A DNA stretch of 64,000 nucleotides. It comes from Thermodesulfobacteriota bacterium (GTDB taxonomy: Bacteria; Desulfobacterota; Desulfobacteria; Desulfobacterales; C00003060). Where the stretch lies: contig JAXHVD010000014.1 of assembly GCA_034189385.1 (NCBI GenBank), positions 60,050 to 124,049 of the forward strand. Reading direction: 5' to 3'. Position numbers and translations under genes: made by a program. The notes beneath the pieces are model-generated. The model saw only the letters and a list, made by a program, of their open reading frames with translations, had not been told where the DNA came from and searched no databases. The number at the start of each line of letters is the position of its first letter. Within the stretch, counting starts at the first letter, position 1. Shown here one piece after another: positions 47,562-57,525 of the stretch.

Positions 47562-50500
47562 ATGGACAAATGCCATGAGGGCGCCGACCCCTCTTCAGAG
47601 GAACTAGAGCTTCTCAGATACCTGTTGGAAGAAGAGGGCATTAAACCCCAACGGACGGCGACCATCCCGCGAAGGGGCAGTGTTGAAGAGGTGCCAATGT
47701 CCTTTGCCCAGCAGCGCCTGTGGCTCTTAGACCAGTTAGAGCCTGAGAGCGCGGCCTACAACATTGCGGCAGCTTTTAGCCTCACCGGTTTACTCCATGT
47801 GGCCGCACTGGAGCATGCCCTCAATGCATTGATTAGGCGCCACGAGTCCTTGCGAACGACCTTCACTGAGGTGGCGGGAAAACCGCAGCAGATCATTTCA
47901 CCCACTCTTTCCCTTGAGCTTCCAGTGATAGAACTTCGAGAACTGTCAGAGGCAGAGCGAAATAGGGCGGTCCGGCGGTTGTCGGCTGAGGAGGCCCGGC
48001 GGCTCTTCGACCTGAGCCAAGGGCCACTCCTAAGAGCCACCTTGCTGCGGATGACTGAACAGGAATACGTGCTGCTCTTAACATTGCATCATATTGTTGC
48101 TGACGAGTGGTCCATGGAGGTGCTCTTTCGTGAACTCGCAGTGCTCTACAAAGCCTTGTCTGTGGACAGACCATCTCCCCTTAATGCGTTGCCTATTCAA
48201 TACGCCGACTTTGCCGTGTGGCAGCGACAGTGGCTCCAGGGTGAGGAACTAGATGCCCAGCTTTCCTACTGGAAAGACAGGCTCGCTGATGCTCTCCCTT
48301 CGCTGAATTTGCCAACGGACCGCCCTCGACCAGCCATGCAGACGTTTCGCGGCAGTCGTGAGTCTCGGCCTTTGCTCTCCGCGGCTCAGCTGCAGGCGCT
48401 AAAGGCGTTGAGCGTTGAGGAAGATGCGACTCTGTTTATGACATTGCTTGCAGCCTTCAACGTCCTGTTGCATCGGTACACCGGTCAAGAGGACATTGCT
48501 GTAGGCTCTCCCATTGCAAACCGGAACCGGATTGAACTTGAAGGGCTCATCGGTTTTTTCCTCAATACCCTGGTCCTTCGCACGGACCTCTCCGACGATC
48601 CCACCTTTCGCGAACTCCTGGCCCGGGTGCGCGAGACGGCCTTGGAGGCCTATGCCCATCAGGACGTGCCCTTCGAGAGACTGGTGGAGAAACTGCAGCC
48701 GGAACGGGACCTGAGCCGCACACCCTTGTTTCAGGTCATGTTTGTCCTCCGGGACGGCCGCAGACAGACCCTGGAGCTTTCGGGCGTAACAGTCACTCCC
48801 ATGGAGGTGGATACGGGTACTTCAAAGTTTGATCTCATACTCTTTGTGGCAGAGGGAGAAGACGGGCTCCGAGGGACGGTAGAATACAACACCGACCTCT
48901 TCCACAAAACGACCATCGCCCGAATGTTGGGACACTACGAGCGCCTGTTAGAGGCCATCGTTTCCGACCCGGACCAACGGGTGGGGGCCTTGCCCCTTCT
49001 CACAGCACCTGAGCGGCATCAGCTGCTGGTGGAGTGGAATAATACCCGAACAGAATATCCTGGGAAGCAATGGGTCCACCAGCTCTTTGAGTCCCAGGTG
49101 GAACGGACGCCCGACGCGGTTGCCGTCGTCTTTGGGGACCAGCAGATAACTTACGATGAGCTGAACCGTCGGGCGAATCGACTGGCCTGGTATCTGCGCA
49201 GGCTCGGGGTGGGACCCGATGTCTTGGTGGGGATCTGCCTAGAGCGTTCCTTAGACATGGTGGCGGCATTGCTGGCCGTCCTCAAGGCAGGGGGGGGCTA
49301 TGTGCCGCTGGATCCGTCTTACCCCAGGGAGCGCTTGGCGTTCATGTTGGAGGATGCCCCCATGACGGCCCTGTTCACTCAGACGGGACTCCTTGAAACC
49401 CTGCCGAAGCACGGAGCAAAGACGGTCTGTCTCGACTCCGGCTTGGAAGACCTGACCCGTGAAGGAGAAACAAATCCGGTGAACGAAGGTTCCACGGAGA
49501 GTCTGGCCTATGTCCTGTATACGTCGGGGTCTACCGGACTACCCAAAGGGGTGGCCATGACCCACCGCTCCCTCTCCAACTTGATTTGCTGGCAGGTCCA
49601 AAACTCTGCCCTTCCCGAAGGAGCCAGGACCCTGCAATTTGCCCCTTTAAGCTTTGATGTCTCCTTTCAGGAGATCTTTTCCACCCTCTGTTCCGGAGGG
49701 GCCCTGGTTCTCATCTCAGAGGAGTCCAGGCGGGATCCCATGGAGCTGTTGGGTTGTGTCACGGCCAAATCCATTGAAAGGCTCTTTCTCCCCTTTGTGG
49801 CCCTGCAGCAGTTGGTAGAAGGAGCTGACGGCCGCGGGACCGTCCCCGCCGGCCTTCGTGAAATCATCACTGCCGGCGAACCCTTGCAGATCACGAGGCA
49901 GGTGGCCTCTTTTTTCAGCCGCCTAACAGGCTGTGCCCTCTATAACCAGTACGGGCCGACAGAGAGTCATGTTGTCACCGCTTTTGCCCTGAAAGGCCCA
50001 CCCGGTGACTGGCCCCTCTTTCCGCCCATGGGTCGGCCCATTGCCAACACCCAGATCTATCTCCTGGACAAAGATCTGCAGCCTGTTCCCCCGGGCGTGC
50101 CCGGTGAGCTTTATATAGCCGGTGTGGGCCTGGCCCGCGGGTATCTTCACCGCCCCGAACTGACGGCCACCGCCTTCATCCCCAACCCCTTCGGCAATGA
50201 CCCCGGCAGTCGTCTTTACAATACCGGAGACCTGGCCCGGTATCTGCCAGACGGAAACATGGAGTTCCTGGGAAGAATAGACAGCCAGGTCAAGATCCGC
50301 GGCTTCCGTGTGGAGCTGGGGGAAATCGAGGCAGCCCTCAGAGAGCACCCGGACCTCCGAGACGCCGTTGTAGTGGCAAGACAGGACGGGTCCGCAGACA
50401 GGTATCTTGCAGCGTACGTTGTCCCGGTTGAGATCCTTGCGCCTACCATCAGTGGATTGCGGAGCTTCTTGCAGGAGAGATTGCCTGACTACATGATCCC

Positions 50501-51623
50501 TTCGGCCTGGGTTATGCTGGAAAGGCTCCCCTTGACCCCGAGCGGCAAGGTAAACCGCCTGACCCTTCCTGCCCCTGTCTGGAAAGGCCCGGAAATGGAG
50601 GATCCCTTTGTGGCGCCGAAAGATCCTCTAGAACTCCAACTGACCCAACTCTTCGAAGATCTCCTGGGGGTTCAGGGCATCGGCGTCAAGAGCGACTTTT
50701 TTGAGTTGGGAGGACATTCATTGTTAGCTGTCCGCATGTTTACTCAAATCGAGAAGGCCTTTGGCAAGCGATTGCCTCTCGCCACTCTGTTCCAGGCGCC
50801 TACGGTTGAACGGTTAGCGGAAATTCTCCGCCAGCAGGGATGGTCAGCACCCTGGTCGCCGCTTGTGCCAATTCAGCCCGGTGGTTTCAAACAGCCTTTC
50901 TTCTGCGTCCACGGGCTTGGCGGAAATGTCGTCGGCTACGCTGCTTTGGCTCGATGCGTTGGTCCAGAGCAACCATTTTATGGGCTGCAAGCCCACGGGT
51001 TGAGACCAGGGCGAGCACCGCACACGCGGGTTGAGGACATGGCCGCCTATTACCTGGCAAAAGGGGTACAGACCATGCAACCTGAAGGGCCGTACCTTTT
51101 AGGAGGTGCATGTCTTGGAGGGATGGTGGCCTTGGAGATGGCTCACCAGCTTCAAGCGCAAGGCCATGAGGTGGCCCTGCTTGCCCTCATAGATCCCGAT
51201 CCCCATCTGAGTTCCTTGTATTGGCGGCGTGACTTCACTCTCCTGATTGAGGATGTGAAGCGCGGGCGACTATCCCGTGCGACAAATACGTTGGTGAGGA
51301 AGATTAGGAAAAAAATAACGCAGAGGAAGGGCCCTTTGCAGCAGGCCGGGCAGCTTGAACGCGTTGACGCTGCGCACAGGAGGGCTCGACACAGTTACAT
51401 CCCTCAGGTCTATTCGGGTAAGATTACTTTCTTTTGGTGTGATGAGGAGTCAGGAATACTATCTTTTAGCAACCACCGGGTCAGTTGGCGCAATCTGGCC
51501 AGGGGAGGGCTGGAGGAGCATAGGCTTCCTGGCCCACATATGACAATGTTGCGTGAACCTTATGTGCAAGTCTTGGGCCAAAAATTAAAGATGTGTCTGG
51601 ATGAGGCGCAGAAGCATGATTGA
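47562..51623 (+). CDS. Terminal NRPS module (C-A-PCP-TE)
   Basis: HHIVADEWS, YTSGSTGLPKG, YNQYGPTESHVV, LGGHSL, TE PFFCVHGLGG..GGACLGG..GPHMTML. Confidence 0.95.
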   Translation: MDKCHEGADPSSEELELLRYLLEEEGIKPQRTATIPRRGSVEEVPMSFAQQRLWLLDQLEPESAAYNIAAAFSLTGLLHVAALEHALNALIRRHESLRTTFTEVAGKPQQIISPTLSLELPVIELRELSEAERNRAVRRLSAEEARRLFDLSQGPLLRATLLRMTEQEYVLLLTLHHIVADEWSMEVLFRELAVLYKALSVDRPSPLNALPIQYADFAVWQRQWLQGEELDAQLSYWKDRLADALPSLNLPTDRPRPAMQTFRGSRESRPLLSAAQLQALKALSVEEDATLFMTLLAAFNVLLHRYTGQEDIAVGSPIANRNRIELEGLIGFFLNTLVLRTDLSDDPTFRELLARVRETALEAYAHQDVPFERLVEKLQPERDLSRTPLFQVMFVLRDGRRQTLELSGVTVTPMEVDTGTSKFDLILFVAEGEDGLRGTVEYNTDLFHKTTIARMLGHYERLLEAIVSDPDQRVGALPLLTAPERHQLLVEWNNTRTEYPGKQWVHQLFESQVERTPDAVAVVFGDQQITYDELNRRANRLAWYLRRLGVGPDVLVGICLERSLDMVAALLAVLKAGGGYVPLDPSYPRERLAFMLEDAPMTALFTQTGLLETLPKHGAKTVCLDSGLEDLTREGETNPVNEGSTESLAYVLYTSGSTGLPKGVAMTHRSLSNLICWQVQNSALPEGARTLQFAPLSFDVSFQEIFSTLCSGGALVLISEESRRDPMELLGCVTAKSIERLFLPFVALQQLVEGADGRGTVPAGLREIITAGEPLQITRQVASFFSRLTGCALYNQYGPTESHVVTAFALKGPPGDWPLFPPMGRPIANTQIYLLDKDLQPVPPGVPGELYIAGVGLARGYLHRPELTATAFIPNPFGNDPGSRLYNTGDLARYLPDGNMEFLGRIDSQVKIRGFRVELGEIEAALREHPDLRDAVVVARQDGSADRYLAAYVVPVEILAPTISGLRSFLQERLPDYMIPSAWVMLERLPLTPSGKVNRLTLPAPVWKGPEMEDPFVAPKDPLELQLTQLFEDLLGVQGIGVKSDFFELGGHSLLAVRMFTQIEKAFGKRLPLATLFQAPTVERLAEILRQQGWSAPWSPLVPIQPGGFKQPFFCVHGLGGNVVGYAALARCVGPEQPFYGLQAHGLRPGRAPHTRVEDMAAYYLAKGVQTMQPEGPYLLGGACLGGMVALEMAHQLQAQGHEVALLALIDPDPHLSSLYWRRDFTLLIEDVKRGRLSRATNTLVRKIRKKITQRKGPLQQAGQLERVDAAHRRARHSYIPQVYSGKITFFWCDEESGILSFSNHRVSWRNLARGGLEEHRLPGPHMTMLREPYVQVLGQKLKMCLDEAQKHD

Positions 51624-52389
51624 GCACCTTTCGCGCACTAAAGACTCCTTGTCTTCATGGTCTCCTCCGCCAGCAAGTCCTACGTTAGCCAAAGACGAGG
51701 TTCACCTGTGGCGGGCGTATTTGGACGTAGCTGTGCAACTGCTAGAAAGCCTGAAGCATTGCTTGTCTCGGGACGAACTGACAAGAGCGGAGCGTTTTCA
51801 TTTTGAGAAAGACCGAAATCGTTTCATTGCAGCCCGTGGGGTCCTTAGGAAGATTCTGTCTGCCTATTGCATGACGGAACCGAATCAACTTTCTTTTCAT
51901 CACAACATGCATGGGAAGCCTGCTTTAGACCCGCAATGTGACGGGGGTGGTCTTCGCTTCAATTTATCTCATTCTGATGGGGTCGCTCTCTACGCCATTA
52001 CACGTGGCCGTGAGGTCGGTATCGATATCGAACGCATTCGCACGGATTTGGAGTTTGATCGGATCGCAGAACGTTTTTTTTCGCCCCAAGAGGTTGCCAC
52101 ACTGCTCGCACTCCCACCGCATACTCAGAAACAAGCATTCTTCGCCTGCTGGACCCGGAAAGAGGCTTACGTAAAAGCAAGAGGCGACGGGCTTTCTCTG
52201 CCTCTGGATCAATTTGCCGTATCGGTGGCGCCTGATGACGCAGCGGTGCTGCTGCACACAAAGGGTGATCCTCAGAATCTGTCCCATTGGTCTTTGAAAG
52301 CCTTGGCCCTAGGCCCTGATTATGAGGCGGCGCTTGCCGTGGAGGGAGATTCCGGGCTACTTAGATGCTGGCAATGGGCGGAGGAATAG
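51616..52389 (+). CDS. Sfp-type 4'-phosphopantetheinyl transferase
   Basis: GKP, FNLSHS, VGIDIE, FFACWTRKEAYVKA.G. Confidence 0.95.
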   Translation: MIEHLSRTKDSLSSWSPPPASPTLAKDEVHLWRAYLDVAVQLLESLKHCLSRDELTRAERFHFEKDRNRFIAARGVLRKILSAYCMTEPNQLSFHHNMHGKPALDPQCDGGGLRFNLSHSDGVALYAITRGREVGIDIERIRTDLEFDRIAERFFSPQEVATLLALPPHTQKQAFFACWTRKEAYVKARGDGLSLPLDQFAVSVAPDDAAVLLHTKGDPQNLSHWSLKALALGPDYEAALAVEGDSGLLRCWQWAEE

Positions 52390-52525
52390 AATAAAGTTTA
52401 CATGTGCTGCGGCTAGACTTCTTTTAGCACTCCTTGAGCCTCATTGGACACGGGTTGGTCGCTTTTTGAATTTGGTTCAGCTGACATAGACCATCACACA
52501 ATATCGGAGCTCGACCTGGAACACC

Positions 52526-53359
52526 ATGAAATATCAGAATGTTATCATCAACGTGTGCCTCACGGGAATTGTCCCCACTAAGGACGTGAATCCCTATGTG
52601 CCGATCACGCCTAAAGAGATCGCTCAAGACGCAAGAAAGGTCTACGATCTAGGGGCAAGCATGGTCCACATACATGCAAGAGACAAAAACGGGCAGCCAT
52701 CGAGCAAAAAGGAGATATACAAAGAGATCATTGACAGGATTCGAGATAAATGTGCAGACCTTGTTATCGTCGTTTCCACGAGCGGCCGAAGGACGCGGGA
52801 CATTAAACAACGAATGAATGTTCTGGAGCTCGATGGATACCACAAGCCGGATATGGCAAGCCTCACCTTGGGCTCTATGAACTTTAAACATGATACGGGT
52901 ATCAATTCTCCGGAAACGATCCTTTCACTTCTGACAACCATGAACTCATCAGGTATAAGGCCTGAACTGGAGATATTTGATACTGGAATGGCAAATTATG
53001 CTAAATACCTTTTTGAAAAGGGCCATCTTGAAGGAAGGCACTATTCGAATCTAATCCTTGGATCTTTAGGGACAATGCCTGCTACGCCCAAAAATCTTTC
53101 CCATCTTGTGGAGGAGCTTCATGAGAATCTAATCTGGGCTGCAACGGGTGTTGGGCGGTTTGCATTTTATGTACAATGTCTATCCCTAGCCATGGGGGGA
53201 CATATCAGAGTCGGAATAGAGGATAGTATATTCATGGATGAAGAAAAAAGACAGGTAGCTACCAATGAAAAGCTGGTCTCGCGCATTGTAAGGGTAGCTG
53301 AAGCCATGGGTCGGCGATTGGGCACTCCAAGGGACGTGAGAAAAATGTTACACTTATAA
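52526..53359 (+). CDS. BKACE / DUF849 beta-keto acid cleavage family enzyme
   Basis: VHIHAR metal motif, PDMASL..GSMNF, PELEIFD, HIRVGIED. Confidence 0.9.
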   Translation: MKYQNVIINVCLTGIVPTKDVNPYVPITPKEIAQDARKVYDLGASMVHIHARDKNGQPSSKKEIYKEIIDRIRDKCADLVIVVSTSGRRTRDIKQRMNVLELDGYHKPDMASLTLGSMNFKHDTGINSPETILSLLTTMNSSGIRPELEIFDTGMANYAKYLFEKGHLEGRHYSNLILGSLGTMPATPKNLSHLVEELHENLIWAATGVGRFAFYVQCLSLAMGGHIRVGIEDSIFMDEEKRQVATNEKLVSRIVRVAEAMGRRLGTPRDVRKMLHL

Positions 53360-53661
53360 TATGCTCCATTTCCAACCCTCCCCGTGTGAGCCAAGCACAT
53401 GAAAATTAATATTTTTTTGGGGAAGCCCTGCCTTGTGGGTGGCAGTTCACCGCAATGAAATTCGGGGCCATGAATATGAGTACAGAACCGCTAACGTCAC
53501 AGGGTGTCTTGGATAGTACTTTTTTTCTGCTACTTGCGATAGTCCCTTCAATCAAGTTCGGCTGTTCACCAATAAATGGCCCTAGTATGTATGTTGGTGC
53601 TGTCTATCTCCGATTCGCTCTGGACCCGCTCAGGGTTTGATATTGCTTCTATGGCGAGGAG

Positions 53662-54174
53662 TTGTCTATCGGCGCACATGAGGTGTATGAAGACGATGAT
53701 TGGCAGATGACATTTGGTAGCGGTCCAGCGTTGTATGGCTTCGCCTTTGATTTGATAGGAAACAATGACCCTGGAGTTGTTGGCGAGGAGTCGTTCTCCG
53801 TATATGGGCTTGATAATTCTCTGCTCGACACGGATTCTCCACCCACTTGGCCAGGAGTGCACCGCTTCTACGGGGTGGTGTCTGATGTCCCCATCGGGCG
53901 CGTCGAATGTGACGAGGATACCGGGCCTGATGATATTGATCTTGCGGAGTTCAGATTTGCTGGCATCACGGAAGTACCGTCTCCGACAGAGCTTTGCTCT
54001 ACCCTTGGCAATGACTCTCGGGGGCACCGTCCTGACAGGGCCATTTTCACGGTCCAAGGAATCGGAGGGGAGTCCATCACTTTGCAGCTGCGAGCGGACC
54101 CACCGGAATCCGGCCTGGGGAAAATGGCAACGTTGGTTCTTAACTCAAGTTTCGCACCCTTATCAACCACCTGA
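53662..54174 (+). pseudogene. Probable remnant of a secreted beta-rich protein
   Basis: Protein-like acidic beta-rich sequence (FYGVVSDVPIGRVECDEDTGPDDIDLAEFRFAG) with no credible start or signal peptide; ends about 70 bp before a family A repeat. Confidence 0.45.
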
Positions 54175-54244
54175 GATAACAGCCAAAAGCATGCCGAGAT
54201 TTCCAGAAAACGGCAGGGCGCTGGTTTGGACCTCCTCTATACAA

Positions 54245-54363
54245 TTGAACCCTCCCCGCGGCAAGCCACGGGGAATCTTCACCGCAAGGATGTTGTCATT
54301 TTAACTATACACTCGCTAACCCCGCCGCAAGCAGTGGGGAATGCGCTCGCTTATTCGGTTCAA
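54245..54363 (+). mobile_element. Repeat family A, second full copy
   Basis: TTGAACCCTCCCCGCGGCAAGCC...TTATTCGGTTCAA, near-identical to 9265-9383. Confidence 0.9.
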
Positions 54364-54366
54364 GCC

Positions 54367-54479
54367 TCGGGATGGGGAAATCCGCTTCTCTTCGGCCTCC
54401 AATGCCTTTAGTAGCTGTACGTGCGTTGTGGGTGGCAATGGCTGTAGGCCTTCGTTCAGCAAATTTTCCCGTCCCTCTG
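54367..54479. repeat. Repeat family B, uninterrupted copy
   Basis: GGGATGGGGAAATCCGCT...AGCAAATTTTCCCGTCCC imperfect palindrome; aligns with 9234-9263 joined to 9383-9462. Confidence 0.75.
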
Positions 54480-54710
54480 TTGTGGCATCAGGGGGGTACA
54501 AGTCTTGACTTATCTATGCTTTTCAACGGACCGTTCTTCCTGGGGTACGGGCAAGTAAGCTATTGCCATAGACAGTCAAACCTATCCCGGATCTATTCTT
54601 CTCTCGGCACTGGGTATTGGCCCCTTCAGCACCATCAAATCGTTCTTGACAGTTGCCTTTGATCGATGGTCTTTTGATGAACATGCATTTCTTGAAGTTG
54701 GAGGTATCCC

Positions 54711-55343
54711 ATGAGAAAAAGAGGTTTTGTATTTGCTGTAATAGTGGTCACAGCCTTCTTCCTTTCGAGTGCCGCTGCACATGGTGTTTCTAATGGAGAC
54801 ACCGCAGTCTTTAGCAGAGCTGGCAGCTATGAACTGGGCGCCCTGAAGCCCACAAACAGTGCTCTCAAGGTTAAGGTAGGGGATAGGGCTCCTGATTTTA
54901 CACTTCCAGCTGTCGCTTCCGGGGGAGAAGTGTCTCTGAGCCAATACCTGGGAAAAAAGAATGTTGTCCTCTCATTCGTTCCTGCCGCATGGACGCCTAT
55001 CTGCTCAGAGCAGTGGCCAGGGTACAATGCGGTCAAGGACATTTTCGACCAACATGATTCTGTGTTGCTCGGAATGACAGTCGACAACGTGCCAACGCTG
55101 TTCATGTGGATAAGACACCTCTGTGAGGGTGATACGAGCTTCTGGTTTCCAGTTCTTTCCGATTTCATGCCTCACGGGGAAGTAGCGGACATGTATGGGG
55201 TGTTGCGCCCTGAAGGATTTTCAGAAAGGGCCATCTTCGTGATCGATAAGAAGGGAATTATTCGCTACATCGAAGTGTACGACATCAACAAGGTGCCCCC
55301 TCTGGACACTCTCGTAAGGGAACTGCAGAAACTGGAAAGATAG
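54711..55343 (+). CDS. Exported peroxiredoxin/redoxin (AhpE-like)
   Basis: GGAGG RBS, signal peptide, GDRAPDFTL, SFVPAAWTPICSEQ, SERAIFVIDKKG. Confidence 0.88.
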   Translation: MRKRGFVFAVIVVTAFFLSSAAAHGVSNGDTAVFSRAGSYELGALKPTNSALKVKVGDRAPDFTLPAVASGGEVSLSQYLGKKNVVLSFVPAAWTPICSEQWPGYNAVKDIFDQHDSVLLGMTVDNVPTLFMWIRHLCEGDTSFWFPVLSDFMPHGEVADMYGVLRPEGFSERAIFVIDKKGIIRYIEVYDINKVPPLDTLVRELQKLER

Positions 55344-55513
55344 AAAACCTTTCTTGAGGGTTAAGAAACAAAGAGCCTCTCCGCGAAAAAATGGTGGGAC
55401 CTCCACCACTTTGTTTTGGAACCTTGCTGAATATTGAGCCACAGTCTTGCTCTCGAACTTCATTAATAATTTCAAACTATGGAATGGTGATAACTGGTAT
55501 GTGAGATAACCTT

Positions 55514-55542
55514 TTGAAAGACTGATGTTTTTGTGGTATTCT
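55514..55542 (+). promoter_or_regulatory. Putative sigma70 promoter
   Basis: TTGAAA-17 bp-TATTCT with TGn extended -10, upstream of an AAGGAGGT RBS. Confidence 0.5.
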
Positions 55543-55605
55543 TAACAGCCAGATTTTGGGCCTAATGAAATCCTTAATGTTTCCATGCATCAATAAGGAG
55601 GTGAT

Positions 55606-56232
55606 TTGGCAATGGCATCAGGACAGGCGCAAGTACGGTTAAATGATGAGTTGTATCGTCACAATGGTGGAGAACAAGAGCCCCCTGACCTACTAGATAC
55701 CGAGCGCAATGAGGACCGCGTTGAAACTGGAAGCAACTTCGACGAAATCCCTCAGTGGAGGTTTCTAGCAGGTGTTCCGTTGATCTATGTGCCGATACTG
55801 GTAGGAATCGTGCCGATGATTCTGTGCGCCCTTTTGGTGCGAATACATCTCTGGATGGTGGGAGCGCGTGAGTTGAAGTCATACTGGAAGGATTTTGTGC
55901 CAAGCTGGATCAGTCACCGCTACACCCGAAAAAATCAAATCGTCTCCGAGAGATTCGCAGCCAAGTATGGTTCTCTAGCCGCTGTTACGAAATTAAGGCT
56001 GTTCTGGATCTTCAACTGTAAGCTCTATTGCCCTCTATCGGTTGCTTTGCTTGCCTATATTGTCTACTTGGTGAAAGTTGTGGAGCAGTGGTGGTGTCCT
56101 TTTGGGCACGACAAGAAGCATACGTATGCTGACGTACCTATCGACAGATCATTCTGGCACGCTAACGGCGATGTGGGCTTACTTGATCCTCGTGACCGAG
56201 ACAATCCCAGCTGGAATAAATATGCCCTTTAG
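55606..56232 (+). CDS. Hypothetical membrane protein with Cys/His motifs
   Basis: Strong RBS; TM segments; FNCKLYCP and EQWWCPFGH. Confidence 0.75.
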   Translation: MAMASGQAQVRLNDELYRHNGGEQEPPDLLDTERNEDRVETGSNFDEIPQWRFLAGVPLIYVPILVGIVPMILCALLVRIHLWMVGARELKSYWKDFVPSWISHRYTRKNQIVSERFAAKYGSLAAVTKLRLFWIFNCKLYCPLSVALLAYIVYLVKVVEQWWCPFGHDKKHTYADVPIDRSFWHANGDVGLLDPRDRDNPSWNKYAL

Positions 56233-56423
56233 GCTGTGGACGGCAGGAGCCACTGCGTAGAATGGCCAAGTGAGTACTCCGGTTCGGTTCTCCTGTGGAC
56301 CTGGCAGAATGAAGACCGCAGAAAATCGCAATTTGCAGGTGGCAGGACAGATCTATGACCCTTTCTAGGGTGCGGATAACTGGTGCGACTTGATTCATAT
56401 AGGGCACCCAAAGGGATATTCCC

Positions 56424-57116
56424 ATGTCAAGAATAAGAGATTTGGCCAAACAAATAACCGATAGATTCTCGAGCGAACGTAAAAAAGCTATAGCGTTACA
56501 TGACTACGTGCGTGACAATGTCAAATTTGGCTTCAACAGATACTTCGATTTGTCGACACCTGATAATACCTTGGACTTGGGGGTAGGCCACTGTAACCCA
56601 AAAAGTGATCTGATGAGGGCACTCTTTAGGGAAGCCGACATAGAAGCCTATGGTCATTTCGTCGTATTACCCAAGAAGACCGTGAAAGGCGCTGTATCTC
56701 CTAATAGGTATTGGCTGATTCCCGCAGAACTCTCACATTGCTACACGGAGGTAAAAATCGAGGGATCTTGGTACAACATTGATAGCTACATACTTGACAG
56801 CAGGTTGTTTAAAGCCGTGCGAGCTAGACTTTCAGAAGAAAATCTGACTATCGGTTACGGCACTCATCTTCACTCAACAATTCATTGGGACGGTAAGAGT
56901 GATGCGTTTTCCCAATTCGATAAGGATATGATGATAGAAGACCATGGCCGAGTTGACGATTTAGAGACCTACTACCGCAGTGATAGGTATCGTCACAAGG
57001 TCTTTGGAATGAGGTTGAACACATTGTTCAAGATTGTGGGGAAAAGCTTGGAGGCGCGTTCAAAGTTGTACCTGGATAGCCTGAGAGATCAATACTCAGA
57101 AAATGGATTGTCTTAA
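56424..57116 (+). CDS. Transglutaminase-like domain protein
   Basis: LHDYVRDNVKFG, GHCNPKS (Cys), HCYTEV (His), NIDSY (Asp). Confidence 0.85.
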   Translation: MSRIRDLAKQITDRFSSERKKAIALHDYVRDNVKFGFNRYFDLSTPDNTLDLGVGHCNPKSDLMRALFREADIEAYGHFVVLPKKTVKGAVSPNRYWLIPAELSHCYTEVKIEGSWYNIDSYILDSRLFKAVRARLSEENLTIGYGTHLHSTIHWDGKSDAFSQFDKDMMIEDHGRVDDLETYYRSDRYRHKVFGMRLNTLFKIVGKSLEARSKLYLDSLRDQYSENGLS

Positions 57117-57525
57117 CGCTGCCTTTTCTCTTAGTGGCCTATATCTTGTGGTCCTCACCCTCTGTCCAAGTGTGGCGATCTTGCTTCTATAGAAGTCAAC
57201 CTCTTGAAAGGCCTGCATGTTTCGGGTATTCATCTCAAATTTAGAAACATGATGACTGGCTGTTGAGCGGGGGCTGGGGCAGGTTATCCAACCGGGGTAT
57301 GGCCCTTTTCGAGGTGCCCTTTTAGCGGGCTATTTATGACAGGAAAGTTTTAATATCAAATAGTTAAAGAGGCCGGCCTCATGTTCTACCCGCAAATTCT
57401 TATTGGGACCCGCTTTTATTTCGCTTTCTCAAAATGGCCTATCACATATTGTGTACTTCCTGCCGGTATCTATTTTGCAATTCCCCTGATATAATGAACA
57501 AAAATAGCAAACCATATGCATTAAA

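Noticed and set aside
54990..55010. Selenocysteine in the peroxiredoxin active site
   Set aside because: The codon is TGC (Cys) and the ORF is uninterrupted
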